Below, piece by piece: positions 30,659 through 42,610 of a stretch of 64,000 nt of DNA (its first letter is position 1; every line of letters starts with the position of its first letter). Position numbers and translations under genes: made by a program. Under the pieces are notes generated by a model, which saw nothing but the letters and a program-made list of their open reading frames with translations, did not search any database and had not been told where the DNA came from. This stretch comes from Sphingomonadales bacterium (GTDB lineage Bacteria; Pseudomonadota; Alphaproteobacteria; CAZZKF01). The stretch spans positions 7,272-71,271 of the forward strand of contig JBHHWG010000001.1 of assembly GCA_046756385.1 (NCBI GenBank), given 5' to 3'.

Positions 30659-32890
30659 ATGGTCGACATTCCTGAGGTCAATAGCAGCGCGTGGCTAAGC
30701 CGTCTGCGCCGGCGCGCCAGCGGTTTCGGGCTCGGCGGCAAGCTCGCCATCAGTGTTGCGATTGCGGCGGTGGTTTCGGTTGCGGCGACCTATATCACGG
30801 TTACCGACGAGGCGTTCAGCACCAAGCGCCAGACCATCCTGCCATTGCTGCTGGTCAATCTGATTCTGCTGCTGACCCTTGGTGCGCTGATCGCGCGGCG
30901 ACTGGTGACATTGTGGGCCGACCGACGGAGCGGACTCGCCGGCTCGGGGCTGCATGCCAGATTGGTGGCGTTGTTCAGCATCGTCGCGATCGCGCCGACC
31001 CTCGTAATGGCCATTTTTTCGGTGCTGTTCTTCCAGCTTGGCGTTGAAGTCTGGTTCAGCGACCGTGTGCGCTCGGTCGTCGACACGTCGGTCAAAGTCG
31101 CCGAGGCCTACACGGAAGAGCACCGCAAGGTGATCCGTGCCGATATTCTGACAATGGCCGCCGATCTCAATCGTCAGGCGCCTTTCCTGGTCGGCAACCC
31201 GAACCGGTTGCAGCAGGTCGTGAACGGTCAGGCGTTGGCCCGCTCGCTATCGGAAGCGGTAATGTTCAATTCCAGCGGGCAGGTGCTGGCCCATGCCAAT
31301 CTGACGTTCAGCCTGGGGCTCGACCGCCTGCCCATGAGCGTGCTGGTCGAAGCCGCCGATGGCAAGGCGGTAATGCTCGCCGACAATAGCGACGACCGGG
31401 TCAGTGCTCTAATTCGGCTGGACCGTTATCTCGACACCTATCTTTATGTCAGCCGGTTTCTGGATCCCCAGGTTCTGTCCTATGCCGAGGACACCCGCTC
31501 GACGGTTTCCGCCTATGAAAAGCTTGAGGACAATCTGGGTCAGAAGCAGACCATCTTCAACATGATTTATATCGTGCTTGCGGTGCTGGTGCTGCTTGCC
31601 GCGGTCTGGACCGGGTTATGGCTGGCCACGCGCCTGGTGGCCCCAATCACTGATTTGGTCAGGGCGGCCGAGCGGATCAGGGAAGGCGATCTCGGTGCCC
31701 GGGTTCCGGGGGAGGCCGACAATTCCGAGTTCGGCGCTTTAGCCCGGGCCTTCAATCGCATGACCAGCCAGCTCCAGAGCCAGCGGCATGAGCTGGTTTC
31801 CGCGAACCAGCAACTCGATATTCGTCGACGGTTCACCGAGACGGTACTGGCAGGCGTTACCGCGGGCGTGATCGGCCTGGATCAGGAAGGCACGATCAAT
31901 CTGACGAATCGCTCGGCCGTCACGCTGTTGGGGAGAACCGAAGACAGCCTGGCCGGCGCAAAACTTGCCGAACAGGTTCCCGAAATGGCGGCCCTCATCG
32001 AAAAGGCGCGTGCCCGACCCGCGCAGGTCGCCCAGGGTCAGGTTAATATCGAGCGCGAGGACCGGGCGACCAGCCTTCTGGTTCGGGTCGCAACCGAAAC
32101 TTTCGGGAAGGATATCAAGGGCTTTGTCGTTACGTTCGATGATATCACCGACCTTCTGGCGGCTCAGCGCACCGCCGCCTGGGGTGATATCGCGCGCCGC
32201 ATCGCCCACGAAATCAAGAATCCGCTGACGCCGATCCAGCTTTCGGCGGAACGCTTGAATCGCAAATACCAGAAGGAAATTAAAAGCGAGCCCGAGATTT
32301 TCATCCAGTGCACCGAGACAATTGTTCGGCAGGTCGGGGATATTCGGCGCATGGTCGATGAATTCTCCGCCTTCGCGCGCATGCCCGCGCCCGCATTCGA
32401 AACCTTGAATTTGTCTGAACTGGCCCGCCAGGCCCTGTTCCTTCAGGAGGTTGCGGCGCCCGAAATCGAAATGATTTTTAAAGCGCCCGATCAGGCTGTC
32501 GAGTTGCGCTGCGATCGTCGTCAGGTCAGCCAGGCGTTGACTAATGTGCTTAAGAACGCCGTCGAAGCGATCTCGGCACGCCGGCTGGGAAGCCAGGACA
32601 ACGGGACCGATCACGATTCCGGCCTCGTCGAACTGGCGCTGTACCATAACGACGAGCAGACGGTCGTCGAAATCTCTGACAACGGCCGAGGCCTGCCCGG
32701 CGAACTGAAGGACCGGCTCACCGAGCCTTATGTCACGACCCGCAACAAAGGTACCGGGCTTGGACTGGCAATCGTCAAAAAGGTCATGCAGGACCATGGG
32801 GGGCAGCTTGTTCTTGAAGACCGGGCCGCGGGCGGTGCGTGCGTGCGCCTCATGTTCCACCACGCACAACTTAGGGAGATGGGGATATGA
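30659..32890 (+). CDS. ntrY: sensor histidine kinase NtrY
   Basis: 743 aa. N-terminal TM region, HAMP, PAS, H-box HEIKNPLTPIQ, and HATPase. Confidence 0.85.
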   Translation: MVDIPEVNSSAWLSRLRRRASGFGLGGKLAISVAIAAVVSVAATYITVTDEAFSTKRQTILPLLLVNLILLLTLGALIARRLVTLWADRRSGLAGSGLHARLVALFSIVAIAPTLVMAIFSVLFFQLGVEVWFSDRVRSVVDTSVKVAEAYTEEHRKVIRADILTMAADLNRQAPFLVGNPNRLQQVVNGQALARSLSEAVMFNSSGQVLAHANLTFSLGLDRLPMSVLVEAADGKAVMLADNSDDRVSALIRLDRYLDTYLYVSRFLDPQVLSYAEDTRSTVSAYEKLEDNLGQKQTIFNMIYIVLAVLVLLAAVWTGLWLATRLVAPITDLVRAAERIREGDLGARVPGEADNSEFGALARAFNRMTSQLQSQRHELVSANQQLDIRRRFTETVLAGVTAGVIGLDQEGTINLTNRSAVTLLGRTEDSLAGAKLAEQVPEMAALIEKARARPAQVAQGQVNIEREDRATSLLVRVATETFGKDIKGFVVTFDDITDLLAAQRTAAWGDIARRIAHEIKNPLTPIQLSAERLNRKYQKEIKSEPEIFIQCTETIVRQVGDIRRMVDEFSAFARMPAPAFETLNLSELARQALFLQEVAAPEIEMIFKAPDQAVELRCDRRQVSQALTNVLKNAVEAISARRLGSQDNGTDHDSGLVELALYHNDEQTVVEISDNGRGLPGELKDRLTEPYVTTRNKGTGLGLAIVKKVMQDHGGQLVLEDRAAGGACVRLMFHHAQLREMGI

Positions 32891-32953
32891 TGTCGCATCC
32901 AGAGGAGGGAAAAGAAAGCTTGAGAGTACAGGTGAAACAGACGGCGGAATGCC

Positions 32954-34357
32954 ATGATGCGTGATATTTTGATTGTCGACGATGAGGCGGATATCCGTAA
33001 GTTGATTTCGGATATCCTCCAGGATGAGGGATTCGAGACCCGTTCGGCATGGGACAGTGATTCCACGCTGAACAAGATCGCGCAGCGATGTCCGCAACTT
33101 CTGATCCTCGACATCTGGCTTCAGGGTAGCCGGCTCGACGGACTTGAATTGCTCGATACCATTAAGCAGGACCATCCCGATCTGCCGGTAATCATGATCA
33201 GCGGGCACGGAAATATTGAAACCGCGGTCTCGGCAATCAAGCGCGGCGCTTTCGATTTCATTGAAAAACCATTCAAAACCGACCATCTGCTGCATCTGGT
33301 GGATCGGGCCACCGAAGTAAATCGGCTGCGCCGCGAGAACGAGCAGCTTCGCGGACGCGCGGTTGGCGACGACGAATTGATTGGCAAATCGCCGGTAATT
33401 CAGGCGCTGCGTCAAACCTTGGCCCGTGTGGCGCCGACCAATAGCCGGGTGCTGATCACCGGCCCCGCGGGGTCGGGCAAGGAAGTCACGGCGCGCAACC
33501 TCCACAATCTGTCGAAGCGGACGAACGGCCCGTTCATCGTCGTCAACGCGGCCAGCATCTCTCCGGAGAATATGGAAATCGTTCTGTTCGGCAGCGAGCA
33601 GAGCACGACCGGCAATCCTGGGAAACGAAAAATCGGCCTGTTTGAGCGCGCCCATGGCGGAACTTTGTTTCTCGATGAAATCGCCGAAATGCCCCACGAA
33701 ACCCAGAGCAAGATCTTGCGGGTGCTGGTCGATCAAACATTCGAACGGGTTGGCGGCAACACACGGATCGAGGTCGATGTCCGGGTGGTGTGCGCCACGA
33801 ACCGGGACCTGCGCCAGGAAATCGCCAGCGGGCGGTTCCGCGAAGATCTTTATCATCGTCTGAATGTTGTTCCGATCCATGTGCCGGCCCTGACCGAGCG
33901 GCACGACGATATCCCCATACTGGTTGACCATTTCATGGATCGCATTGCAGCCACCACGGGCCTGGCCAAACGCCGGATTGACGACGAAGTGATGGGCGCG
34001 ATACGGTCTTACGACTGGCCTGGCAATGTTCGCCAGTTGCGCAATGTGGTTGAGCGGCTGCTCATTTTGGCGGACGAAGATCTCGCGGGCTATGTCCGGG
34101 CTGATATGTTGCCGACGGAATTCAGCGCGCCATCGACCGATTCCCTGAAAACGGCAAACGGCGAATCCATAACCGCCGTGCCATTGCGCGAGGCTCGGGA
34201 GGCGTTCGAACGTGAATATCTGCGTACCCAGATTAACCGGTTTGGCGGCAATATTTCGCGAACCGCGTCATTCGTCGGCATGGAACGTTCAGCCCTTCAT
34301 CGCAAGCTCAAGTCGCTCGGCCTTCAGCCCGGCGAGCGACGCAAAAGCTCGCTATGA
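32954..34357 (+). CDS. ntrX: sigma54-dependent-type response regulator NtrX
   Basis: 467 aa with receiver, AAA+ (GPAGSGKE) and a C-terminal HTH. Confidence 0.85.
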   Translation: MMRDILIVDDEADIRKLISDILQDEGFETRSAWDSDSTLNKIAQRCPQLLILDIWLQGSRLDGLELLDTIKQDHPDLPVIMISGHGNIETAVSAIKRGAFDFIEKPFKTDHLLHLVDRATEVNRLRRENEQLRGRAVGDDELIGKSPVIQALRQTLARVAPTNSRVLITGPAGSGKEVTARNLHNLSKRTNGPFIVVNAASISPENMEIVLFGSEQSTTGNPGKRKIGLFERAHGGTLFLDEIAEMPHETQSKILRVLVDQTFERVGGNTRIEVDVRVVCATNRDLRQEIASGRFREDLYHRLNVVPIHVPALTERHDDIPILVDHFMDRIAATTGLAKRRIDDEVMGAIRSYDWPGNVRQLRNVVERLLILADEDLAGYVRADMLPTEFSAPSTDSLKTANGESITAVPLREAREAFEREYLRTQINRFGGNISRTASFVGMERSALHRKLKSLGLQPGERRKSSL

Positions 34358-34392
34358 TCCGAGACAACCTCTCCTGAAGCGGGATTTCCTCC

Positions 34393-35769
34393 ATGAAGGT
34401 CATAATTTGCGGCGCCGGTCAGGTCGGCTTCAACATCGCGAGGCAGCTTTCCGCCGAACATAACGATGTTACGGTTATCGATTCCGCGCCCGAACAGGTT
34501 CACCGGGCCAGCGATGTTCTCGATGTAAAGGCGCTAATAGGATATGCGTCACATCCAGACGTGCTTGAGCAGGCGGGCGCCGAGGGCGCCGACATGATCA
34601 TCGCGGTTACGCTCTCGGATGAAGTCAACATGGTGGCGTGTCAGATCGCCCATTCGCTGTTCAACGTCCCCACTAAAATTGCGCGGGTCCGCACTCGCAG
34701 CTATCTGGAGCCGATGTGGGCCGATTTGTTCAGTCGAGACAATATGCCCATCGACGTGATCATCTCGCCCGAGTACGAAGTGGCGCAAGCGATCGCGCGG
34801 CGGCTCGAAGTCCCTGGGGCGTTCGAGGTTGTGCCGTTCGCCGACGGCAAGGTGCGGATGGTGGGCGTGCACATCATCGAGGACTGTCCAATCATCGACA
34901 CGCCCTTGCGGCAGCTAACCGAGCTGTTTCCCGAACTCGAAATTGTGATCGTCGGAATTCTGCGCGAAGGACGCATGATGACGCCATCGGGCGACGATCA
35001 GATTTTGGTGGGCGACGATGTTTATTTCGTGACGTCGAGGGAGCATGTCGGCCGGTCACTTGCAGTGTTCGGCTCTGAGGAAAAAGAGGCGCGCCGGATT
35101 GTGATTGTCGGCGCCGGCAATATCGGCCTCTACCTGGCTCAGGCCCTCGAAAACGCTCAGCGCAATGTCAACGTCAAGCTGATCGAAATCAACAAGGAAC
35201 GGGCTCAGGTGGCGGCCGATCAACTGAACCGGGCGGTGGTTCTCAACGGCGACGCGTTGGATCACGATATCCTTCGTGAAGCCAATGTTCAGGAAGCCGA
35301 AGCGGTGATTTCGGTGGCCAATGAAGACGAAGTGAACATTCTTTCGGCCTTGCTCGCCAAGCGCGCCGGTTGCAAACGCGCAATTACCCTGATCAATAAC
35401 CCCACTTACGGGCCGCTGATCAATTCGTTGGGGATCGATGTATTCATCAATCCGCGGGCGACCACGGTGTCAACTATTCTCCAACATGTCAGGCGCGGGC
35501 GTATTCGCGGGCTTTACGCCCTGGCTGATGGTAAAGCCGAGGTGATCGAGGCCGAGGCGCTGGAAACATCCGGCCTCACCAACGTGCCGCTCCGGGAGCT
35601 GCGCATTCCGGCGGGAATAATTATCGGCGCGATTGTCCGGGATGGCGAGGTGCTGATTCCGCGCGGCGATACAGTGGTCAGGGTCGAGGATCGGGTCATT
35701 CTGCTGGCGCTGACAAATATGGTGAAGAAGGTCGAGGATTTGTTTTCAGTAAGGCTTGAGTTCTTTTAG
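34393..35769 (+). CDS. trkA: Trk potassium uptake system protein TrkA
   Basis: 458 aa; two tandem RCK N/C units (GAGQVGFNIA and GAGNIGLYLA). Confidence 0.85.
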   Translation: MKVIICGAGQVGFNIARQLSAEHNDVTVIDSAPEQVHRASDVLDVKALIGYASHPDVLEQAGAEGADMIIAVTLSDEVNMVACQIAHSLFNVPTKIARVRTRSYLEPMWADLFSRDNMPIDVIISPEYEVAQAIARRLEVPGAFEVVPFADGKVRMVGVHIIEDCPIIDTPLRQLTELFPELEIVIVGILREGRMMTPSGDDQILVGDDVYFVTSREHVGRSLAVFGSEEKEARRIVIVGAGNIGLYLAQALENAQRNVNVKLIEINKERAQVAADQLNRAVVLNGDALDHDILREANVQEAEAVISVANEDEVNILSALLAKRAGCKRAITLINNPTYGPLINSLGIDVFINPRATTVSTILQHVRRGRIRGLYALADGKAEVIEAEALETSGLTNVPLRELRIPAGIIIGAIVRDGEVLIPRGDTVVRVEDRVILLALTNMVKKVEDLFSVRLEFF

Positions 35770-35818
35770 CCAAGTCCGGCTTGCAAATTGCCCTGAGTCG
35801 AGTGAGATACCGCGCATT

Positions 35819-36676
35819 ATGTCAAGAATTGCCTATGTAGACGGTCGATACGTCCCGCATTTCGCTGCCGCCGTGCACATTGAGGATCGCGGCTATCAGT
35901 TTGCCGACGCGGTTTATGAGGTGTGTGCGGTCTGGGGCGGCGAGATTGTCGATTTCGATCCTCATGTCAGACGGTTGAGACGCTCCCTCAATGAGCTGCG
36001 CATCCCGTTCACGATGGGTAGCCCGGCTTTGTGGGCGATTATGCGCGAAACTGTCCGCCGCAACCGGATCAATAATGGCATCGTCTATCTGCAAATTTCC
36101 CGTGGCCAGGCCCGGCGCGATCACGGCTTTCCCCGGGCGGCCCACCCGGTTCTGGTTGTGACCGCGCGCGACATTTCGTTCGACAGCATCGAGGCGCGGG
36201 CCAAACAGGGCGTCGCCGTGGTCTCGACGCCCGATATCCGTTGGCGGCGTTGCGACATCAAATCGGTCTCATTGCTGCCGAACATATTGGCCAAGCAGAT
36301 AGCGCGCGACGCCGAGGCCTTCGAGGCCTGGTTTGTCGATGACGACGGCGCGGTTACCGAGGGCACGTCCACTAATGCCTGGATCGTCGACAAGAAGGGA
36401 AATCTGACAACGCGCTATCTGGACAATGCGATCCTTGGCGGAATTACCCGCGAAGTGGTGCTGGATATTGCCGGGCGCACCGGCCTTGGTTTGGTGGAAC
36501 GCGCCTTTACAATCGACGAGGCAAAGACGGCCCGCGAAGCCTTTGTGACCAGCACGACATCGCTGGTCCTGCCGGTCACGATGATTGACGGTGAATTGAT
36601 TGCCGATGGCAAGCCGGGACCCATAAGCAGTAAGCTGTTTGATGGATACAAGCATAGGCTAGCATCCATGACCTAG
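35819..36676 (+). CDS. dat: D-amino-acid (class IV) aminotransferase
   Basis: Start at MSRIAYVDGRYV. Fold-type IV PLP aminotransferase motifs (EVCAVWGGEIV, catalytic Lys region). Confidence 0.75.
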   Translation: MSRIAYVDGRYVPHFAAAVHIEDRGYQFADAVYEVCAVWGGEIVDFDPHVRRLRRSLNELRIPFTMGSPALWAIMRETVRRNRINNGIVYLQISRGQARRDHGFPRAAHPVLVVTARDISFDSIEARAKQGVAVVSTPDIRWRRCDIKSVSLLPNILAKQIARDAEAFEAWFVDDDGAVTEGTSTNAWIVDKKGNLTTRYLDNAILGGITREVVLDIAGRTGLGLVERAFTIDEAKTAREAFVTSTTSLVLPVTMIDGELIADGKPGPISSKLFDGYKHRLASMT

Positions 36677-36870
36677 CCGACGATGGTTATTTTCTTATAG
36701 CAATAGTTTGTGAAGCTGGTTAAATTTAACGATATACGGGATTTGTGACAGCAGGACTCCTGCTAAGCCGTTCCGTTGATTATATTAATATGAGCGAGTT
36801 GGCGTGCGCGAGCATGTCAGTGCTGAGAAGAGATCGTGACTTACAACAAAAACAAGGATGGGTATCCAAA

Positions 36871-37128
36871 ATGGCACCAGAAAGATCACAAAACGTCCAG
36901 GACGTCTTTCTCAATCACATTCGCAAAAACAAGACGCCGGTAACGGTGTTCCTGATTAACGGGGTCAAACTTCAGGGTGTGATCACCTGGTTTGACAATT
37001 TTTGCGTGTTGCTTCGGCGCGATGGTCACGTTCAACTTGTCTACAAGCACGCGATCTCGACCGTAATGCCGACAGTCCAGATTCAGCTGTTCGAGCCAGA
37101 GCCCCAATCGGCGGAAAGCGGGCGATAG
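36871..37128 (+). CDS. hfq: RNA chaperone Hfq
   Basis: 85 aa. Sm1/Sm2 motifs ([32 protein letters not shown]). AAGGATGGG RBS. The upstream 126 codons of the ORF are non-coding leader. Confidence 0.9.
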   Translation: MAPERSQNVQDVFLNHIRKNKTPVTVFLINGVKLQGVITWFDNFCVLLRRDGHVQLVYKHAISTVMPTVQIQLFEPEPQSAESGR

Positions 37129-37129
37129 A

Positions 37130-38512
37130 TTGACCCACGCTTTTTCTGTAACAGGTTACGAGACGAGCGGCTCCGGGGCGCGCGCAACTGACGGCTCGCG
37201 CTCCGGCGCCCGGACACTGATCTTCCATCCTCACCTGATAGCGGAAGGCGCCGCTCGTCGGGAGGGGGCGGGCGTGACGCGCCCGCCGGCGGTGCGGTTG
37301 GCCGAGGCCGAAGGGCTGGCATCGGCGATCCGGCTTGATGTCGTGCACAGCCTGACCGTTGGCATCCGCCGAATTCGGCCATCCGCCTTGCTCGGCAAAG
37401 GCAAGCTGGAAGAGCTTGCGGCCGTGGTCAAGGCGGCGGACGTCGAGCTTATAATCGCCGACTGCGCGCTGTCGCCAATACAACAACGCAATCTGGAGCG
37501 CGAACTATCCGCCAAGGTGATCGACCGAACCTGTCTGATCCTTGAGATATTCGGGGAACGGGCGCGCACCCGCGAGGGCACGCTTCAGGTTGAACTCGCT
37601 CATCTGAATTACCAAAAGAGCAGGCTCGTGCGCTCCTGGACCCACCTTGAGCGCCAGCGTGGCGGTTTCGGTTTTCTCGGCGGTCCCGGTGAAACCCAGA
37701 TCGAAACCGACCGCCGGCTTATTTCGGAGCGCATCGGCAAGATCAAGCGCCAGCTTGAGACCGTCACACGCACCCGGGCGCTTCATCGCCAAAGCCGACG
37801 GCGGGTTCCTTATCCGGTAGTGGCCCTCGTCGGCTACACCAATGCCGGAAAATCCACGCTGTTCAACCGGCTCACGGATGCGGAGGTGTCGGCCGCCGAC
37901 CAGCTGTTCGAAACCCTCGATCCCACCATGCGCGAGTTGGTCCTCCCGTCGGGCCGGCGGGTGATGCTTTCCGATACCGTTGGCTTTATTTCAGACCTTC
38001 CGACACAACTGATCGCAGCCTTCCGGGCAACCCTGGAGGAGGTGATCGAGGCCGACATCATCCTGCATGTCCGCGACGTCGCGCATCCGGACAGCGGCGC
38101 CCAGCGTTACGATGTCGAGAAGGTGCTGACAGAGCTTGGCGTGGATGAAAGCGACGACCGGCCGATTATCGAAGCCCTGAACAAGATCGATTTGCTGGAC
38201 GATTCCGGGCGCAATACGATAATTAACCGTGCGCACCGTCAGACCTTGACCACCCCGATCTCGGCGGCCACCGGAGAGGGCGTGTCTCAAATTCTGGCCG
38301 CGGTCGATGAAATTCTGGCCCGAAGCCGCCAGGCCGTGGATGTGACGATCGAGCATGGGGACAGCGCCGCAATCGCCTGGCTCTATCGCCATGGCGAAGT
38401 GATCGAACGGGTTGACGACGACCATGCCACCCGCCTGAAGGTATTGCTCTCGCCCGCCAATTTGGGGCGGTTCAGGAAGCAAGGCGCCCCGGCGCAGGCT
38501 CCAGATAGCTGA
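37130..38512 (+). CDS. hflX: GTPase HflX
   Basis: 460 aa aligning to HflX throughout (N-terminal domain, G1 GYTNAGKST, G3 DTVGF, NKID). Apparent TTG start; 5' end uncertain. Confidence 0.85.
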   Translation: MTHAFSVTGYETSGSGARATDGSRSGARTLIFHPHLIAEGAARREGAGVTRPPAVRLAEAEGLASAIRLDVVHSLTVGIRRIRPSALLGKGKLEELAAVVKAADVELIIADCALSPIQQRNLERELSAKVIDRTCLILEIFGERARTREGTLQVELAHLNYQKSRLVRSWTHLERQRGGFGFLGGPGETQIETDRRLISERIGKIKRQLETVTRTRALHRQSRRRVPYPVVALVGYTNAGKSTLFNRLTDAEVSAADQLFETLDPTMRELVLPSGRRVMLSDTVGFISDLPTQLIAAFRATLEEVIEADIILHVRDVAHPDSGAQRYDVEKVLTELGVDESDDRPIIEALNKIDLLDDSGRNTIINRAHRQTLTTPISAATGEGVSQILAAVDEILARSRQAVDVTIEHGDSAAIAWLYRHGEVIERVDDDHATRLKVLLSPANLGRFRKQGAPAQAPDS

Positions 38513-38555
38513 TTTCTCCAAACGCTCAACATTGAAAAAAGTTCCAGAGGTTTGG

Positions 38556-38584
38556 TTGACAGTCTGTCATTGGCCACCTATATA
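38556..38584 (+). promoter_or_regulatory. sigma70-type promoter of groESL
   Basis: TTGACA, 17-nt spacer, TATATA. Lies immediately upstream of the CIRCE element. Confidence 0.5.
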
Positions 38585-38585
38585 G

Positions 38586-38612
38586 CTGGCACTCTCTGTT
38601 GAAGAGTGCTAA
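38586..38612 (+). promoter_or_regulatory. CIRCE operator (HrcA binding site)
   Basis: CTGGCACTC-N9-GAGTGCTAA matches the CIRCE consensus TTAGCACTC-N9-GAGTGCTAA. Lies about 60 nt upstream of groES. Confidence 0.75.
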
Positions 38613-38672
38613 AACACTGACACGTATTGTGAATATCGAACATAACAGGCTGGTTTTTTTGGAGGAATACAA

Positions 38673-40627
<1,955 letters not shown>

Positions 40628-40649
40628 GCCCAAGCCAACCAGGCAAAAA

Positions 40650-40682
40650 AGGGAAGGGGGCTCTTCGGGGCCCCCTTTTCTT
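40650..40682. terminator. bidirectional intrinsic terminator between groEL (+) and mazG (-)
   Basis: GGGGGC/GCCCCC hairpin flanked by AAAAAA upstream and TTTTCTT downstream. Confidence 0.6.
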
Positions 40683-40693
40683 ATGGGTCTTTT

Positions 40694-41551
40694 CTAGCTC
40701 CGCTCTCTTTCCGCCAGTTTAACCCGGTTCCACAGGGAATCCATTTCCTGGAGATCCGAATCCTCCGGGCATTTGTTTTGTTCGGCCAGCAATTTCTCGA
40801 TACCGCGGAAACGGCGCTCAAACTTGGCGTTTGCGCTACGGAGAGCGGTCTCTGGGTCGATGTCCAGGTGGCGCGCCAGATTGGCGTAGACGAACAGCAG
40901 GTCGCCGAACTCGTCCTCAATGCGCGCGTGCGCGGCGGAATTTTGGTCACCAGTTGATTCGGCTTTGCATTCAGCAAGTTCCGCCGCCAGTTCCGCCATT
41001 TCCTCATTGATCTTGTCGAGCACCTGGGCCGTCTCAGGCCAGTCGAACCCGACCCGGGCGGCGCGCCGTTGCAATTTAATCGCCCGCATCAATGCCGGCA
41101 GGCCGAGCGTCACGCCATCAAGCGCACTCGCCGGATCCTCGTCGCCCGAGGACCGAGCTTCGCGCTCCTTGGCCTTGTGACTCTCCCAGGCCTGTGTCTG
41201 GGCTTCGGCGTTTTCGATTTTGCTGTCGCCGAAAACGTGCGGGTGCCGACGCACCATTTTGTCGCAAACAGTCGTCACCACATCGGCAAAATCGAACGCC
41301 CCGGATTCCTCAGCTATGCGCGCGTGATAGACCACCTGAAACAGCAAATCCCCCAACTCGTCCTTTAGCGCGTCCATATCCCGGCGAGCGATCGCCTCAG
41401 CGACCTCGTAGGCCTCCTCGATGGTGTAGGGCGCGATGGTCGTGAAATCCTGCTCGACGTCCCATGGGCACCCACCATCCGGATTGCGCAAACGGGCCAT
41501 GATGGCGAGAAGATCTGTAATGCTGCGTGGTTTGGTCACAGGGCGCTCCAA
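40694..41551 (-). CDS. mazG: nucleoside triphosphate pyrophosphohydrolase MazG
   Basis: 285 aa; two tandem MazG/EE-motif domains (EEAYEV, ELGDLLFQVV). Confidence 0.85.
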   Translation of the reverse strand: MERPVTKPRSITDLLAIMARLRNPDGGCPWDVEQDFTTIAPYTIEEAYEVAEAIARRDMDALKDELGDLLFQVVYHARIAEESGAFDFADVVTTVCDKMVRRHPHVFGDSKIENAEAQTQAWESHKAKEREARSSGDEDPASALDGVTLGLPALMRAIKLQRRAARVGFDWPETAQVLDKINEEMAELAAELAECKAESTGDQNSAAHARIEDEFGDLLFVYANLARHLDIDPETALRSANAKFERRFRGIEKLLAEQNKCPEDSDLQEMDSLWNRVKLAERERS

Positions 41552-41827
41552 GGCAAGGGGACAACAAGGTCACATTTACACTGTCAGGCGTTATCACCGG
41601 TTATTCAAGCGGGGAAAAACCAATTAATTCCATGTCCGATCGTCCTGATTTGGCCGTCCAGCCCGCGGATCAAAAACGCGCATAATCTACATTATGGAAA
41701 ATATATGTATAAGAAATCCGATTAGCATTGCGTTCGAAGCGATTGAAAAATAACGCGAAATGCCCATTCGTTTTCGTTATGCCCATTCGTTGACACTGCC
41801 CGCCTATGTCACATAGCGTCGGAAGGC

Positions 41828-42610
41828 TTAGGCTTCGATCACCATGCCGTCAAAGGCCGGCTCTACGCCGTCGGGCAGTTTGGCGCGCAGGGTTTCATAG
41901 TCCATGTCCCACGCCATATGGGTCAGCACCGCGCGTTCGGGCTTTACCTGTTCCACAAACCGTAACGTCTGGTCGAGATGGACGTGTGTGGGGTGCGGAT
42001 CGTATCTCAGTGCATCGACGATCCACACCTTGACGCCTTTAAGGGCGTCGGTCGCCGGTTCCGAAAGATCATTAAAATCGGTCGAATAAGCCACCGGCCC
42101 GAAGCGAAAACCCAGCGAGCTTGAATTGCCGTGGATCTGAGGGATCGGCGAAATGTCGATGTCGCCTACCTTAAACGGTCCGTCGATGACATGGCCGTTG
42201 CAAAACGCCGGATACAGTTTCCTGGGCGTGAAAATATAATCAAACCGGCGCTGGATCGTCTCCAGGGTGCGTTGCTGGGCATAAACCTCGATGCGCCGGG
42301 CCATGTTGTAGGACAGCCCGCGCAAATCGTCGATGCCATGGGTGTGGTCAGCGTGATCGTGGGTGTAAAGCACGGCGTCAAGCGCCTCGATCCCGGCGTC
42401 CAGGGCCTGCTCGCGAAAGTCCGGCGAGGTGTCGACCAGCACGCTGGTGCTTTCGCTTTGAACCAGAATTGAGACCCGCCGCCGCCGGTTTCTCGGATTG
42501 TCTGGATCGCACGCCCCCCAAATGCCGCGCCCGCCAGGCCCACCGATGCGCGGCACGCCCCCCGAGGTGCCACAGCCTAATATCGTGACCTGGATGCCCT
42601 CCTTTTTCAT
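41828..42610 (-). CDS. MBL-fold metallo-hydrolase
   Basis: 260 aa with the HTHDHADH motif. Last gene of the tmk-holB-metG-tatD cluster. Confidence 0.7.
   Translation of the reverse strand: MKKEGIQVTILGCGTSGGVPRIGGPGGRGIWGACDPDNPRNRRRRVSILVQSESTSVLVDTSPDFREQALDAGIEALDAVLYTHDHADHTHGIDDLRGLSYNMARRIEVYAQQRTLETIQRRFDYIFTPRKLYPAFCNGHVIDGPFKVGDIDISPIPQIHGNSSSLGFRFGPVAYSTDFNDLSEPATDALKGVKVWIVDALRYDPHPTHVHLDQTLRFVEQVKPERAVLTHMAWDMDYETLRAKLPDGVEPAFDGMVIEA

Noticed and set aside
31739-33931. 730-aa minus-strand ORF
   Set aside because: It is antisense to ntrY and ntrX. It has no recognisable domains, and the plus-strand genes are certain.
27969-34357. ntrBC-ntrYX looked like a possible duplicated or novel two-component island
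   Set aside because: This is the canonical conserved alphaproteobacterial dusB-ntrBC-ntrYX-trkA-hfq-hflX arrangement, with ATGA translational coupling.
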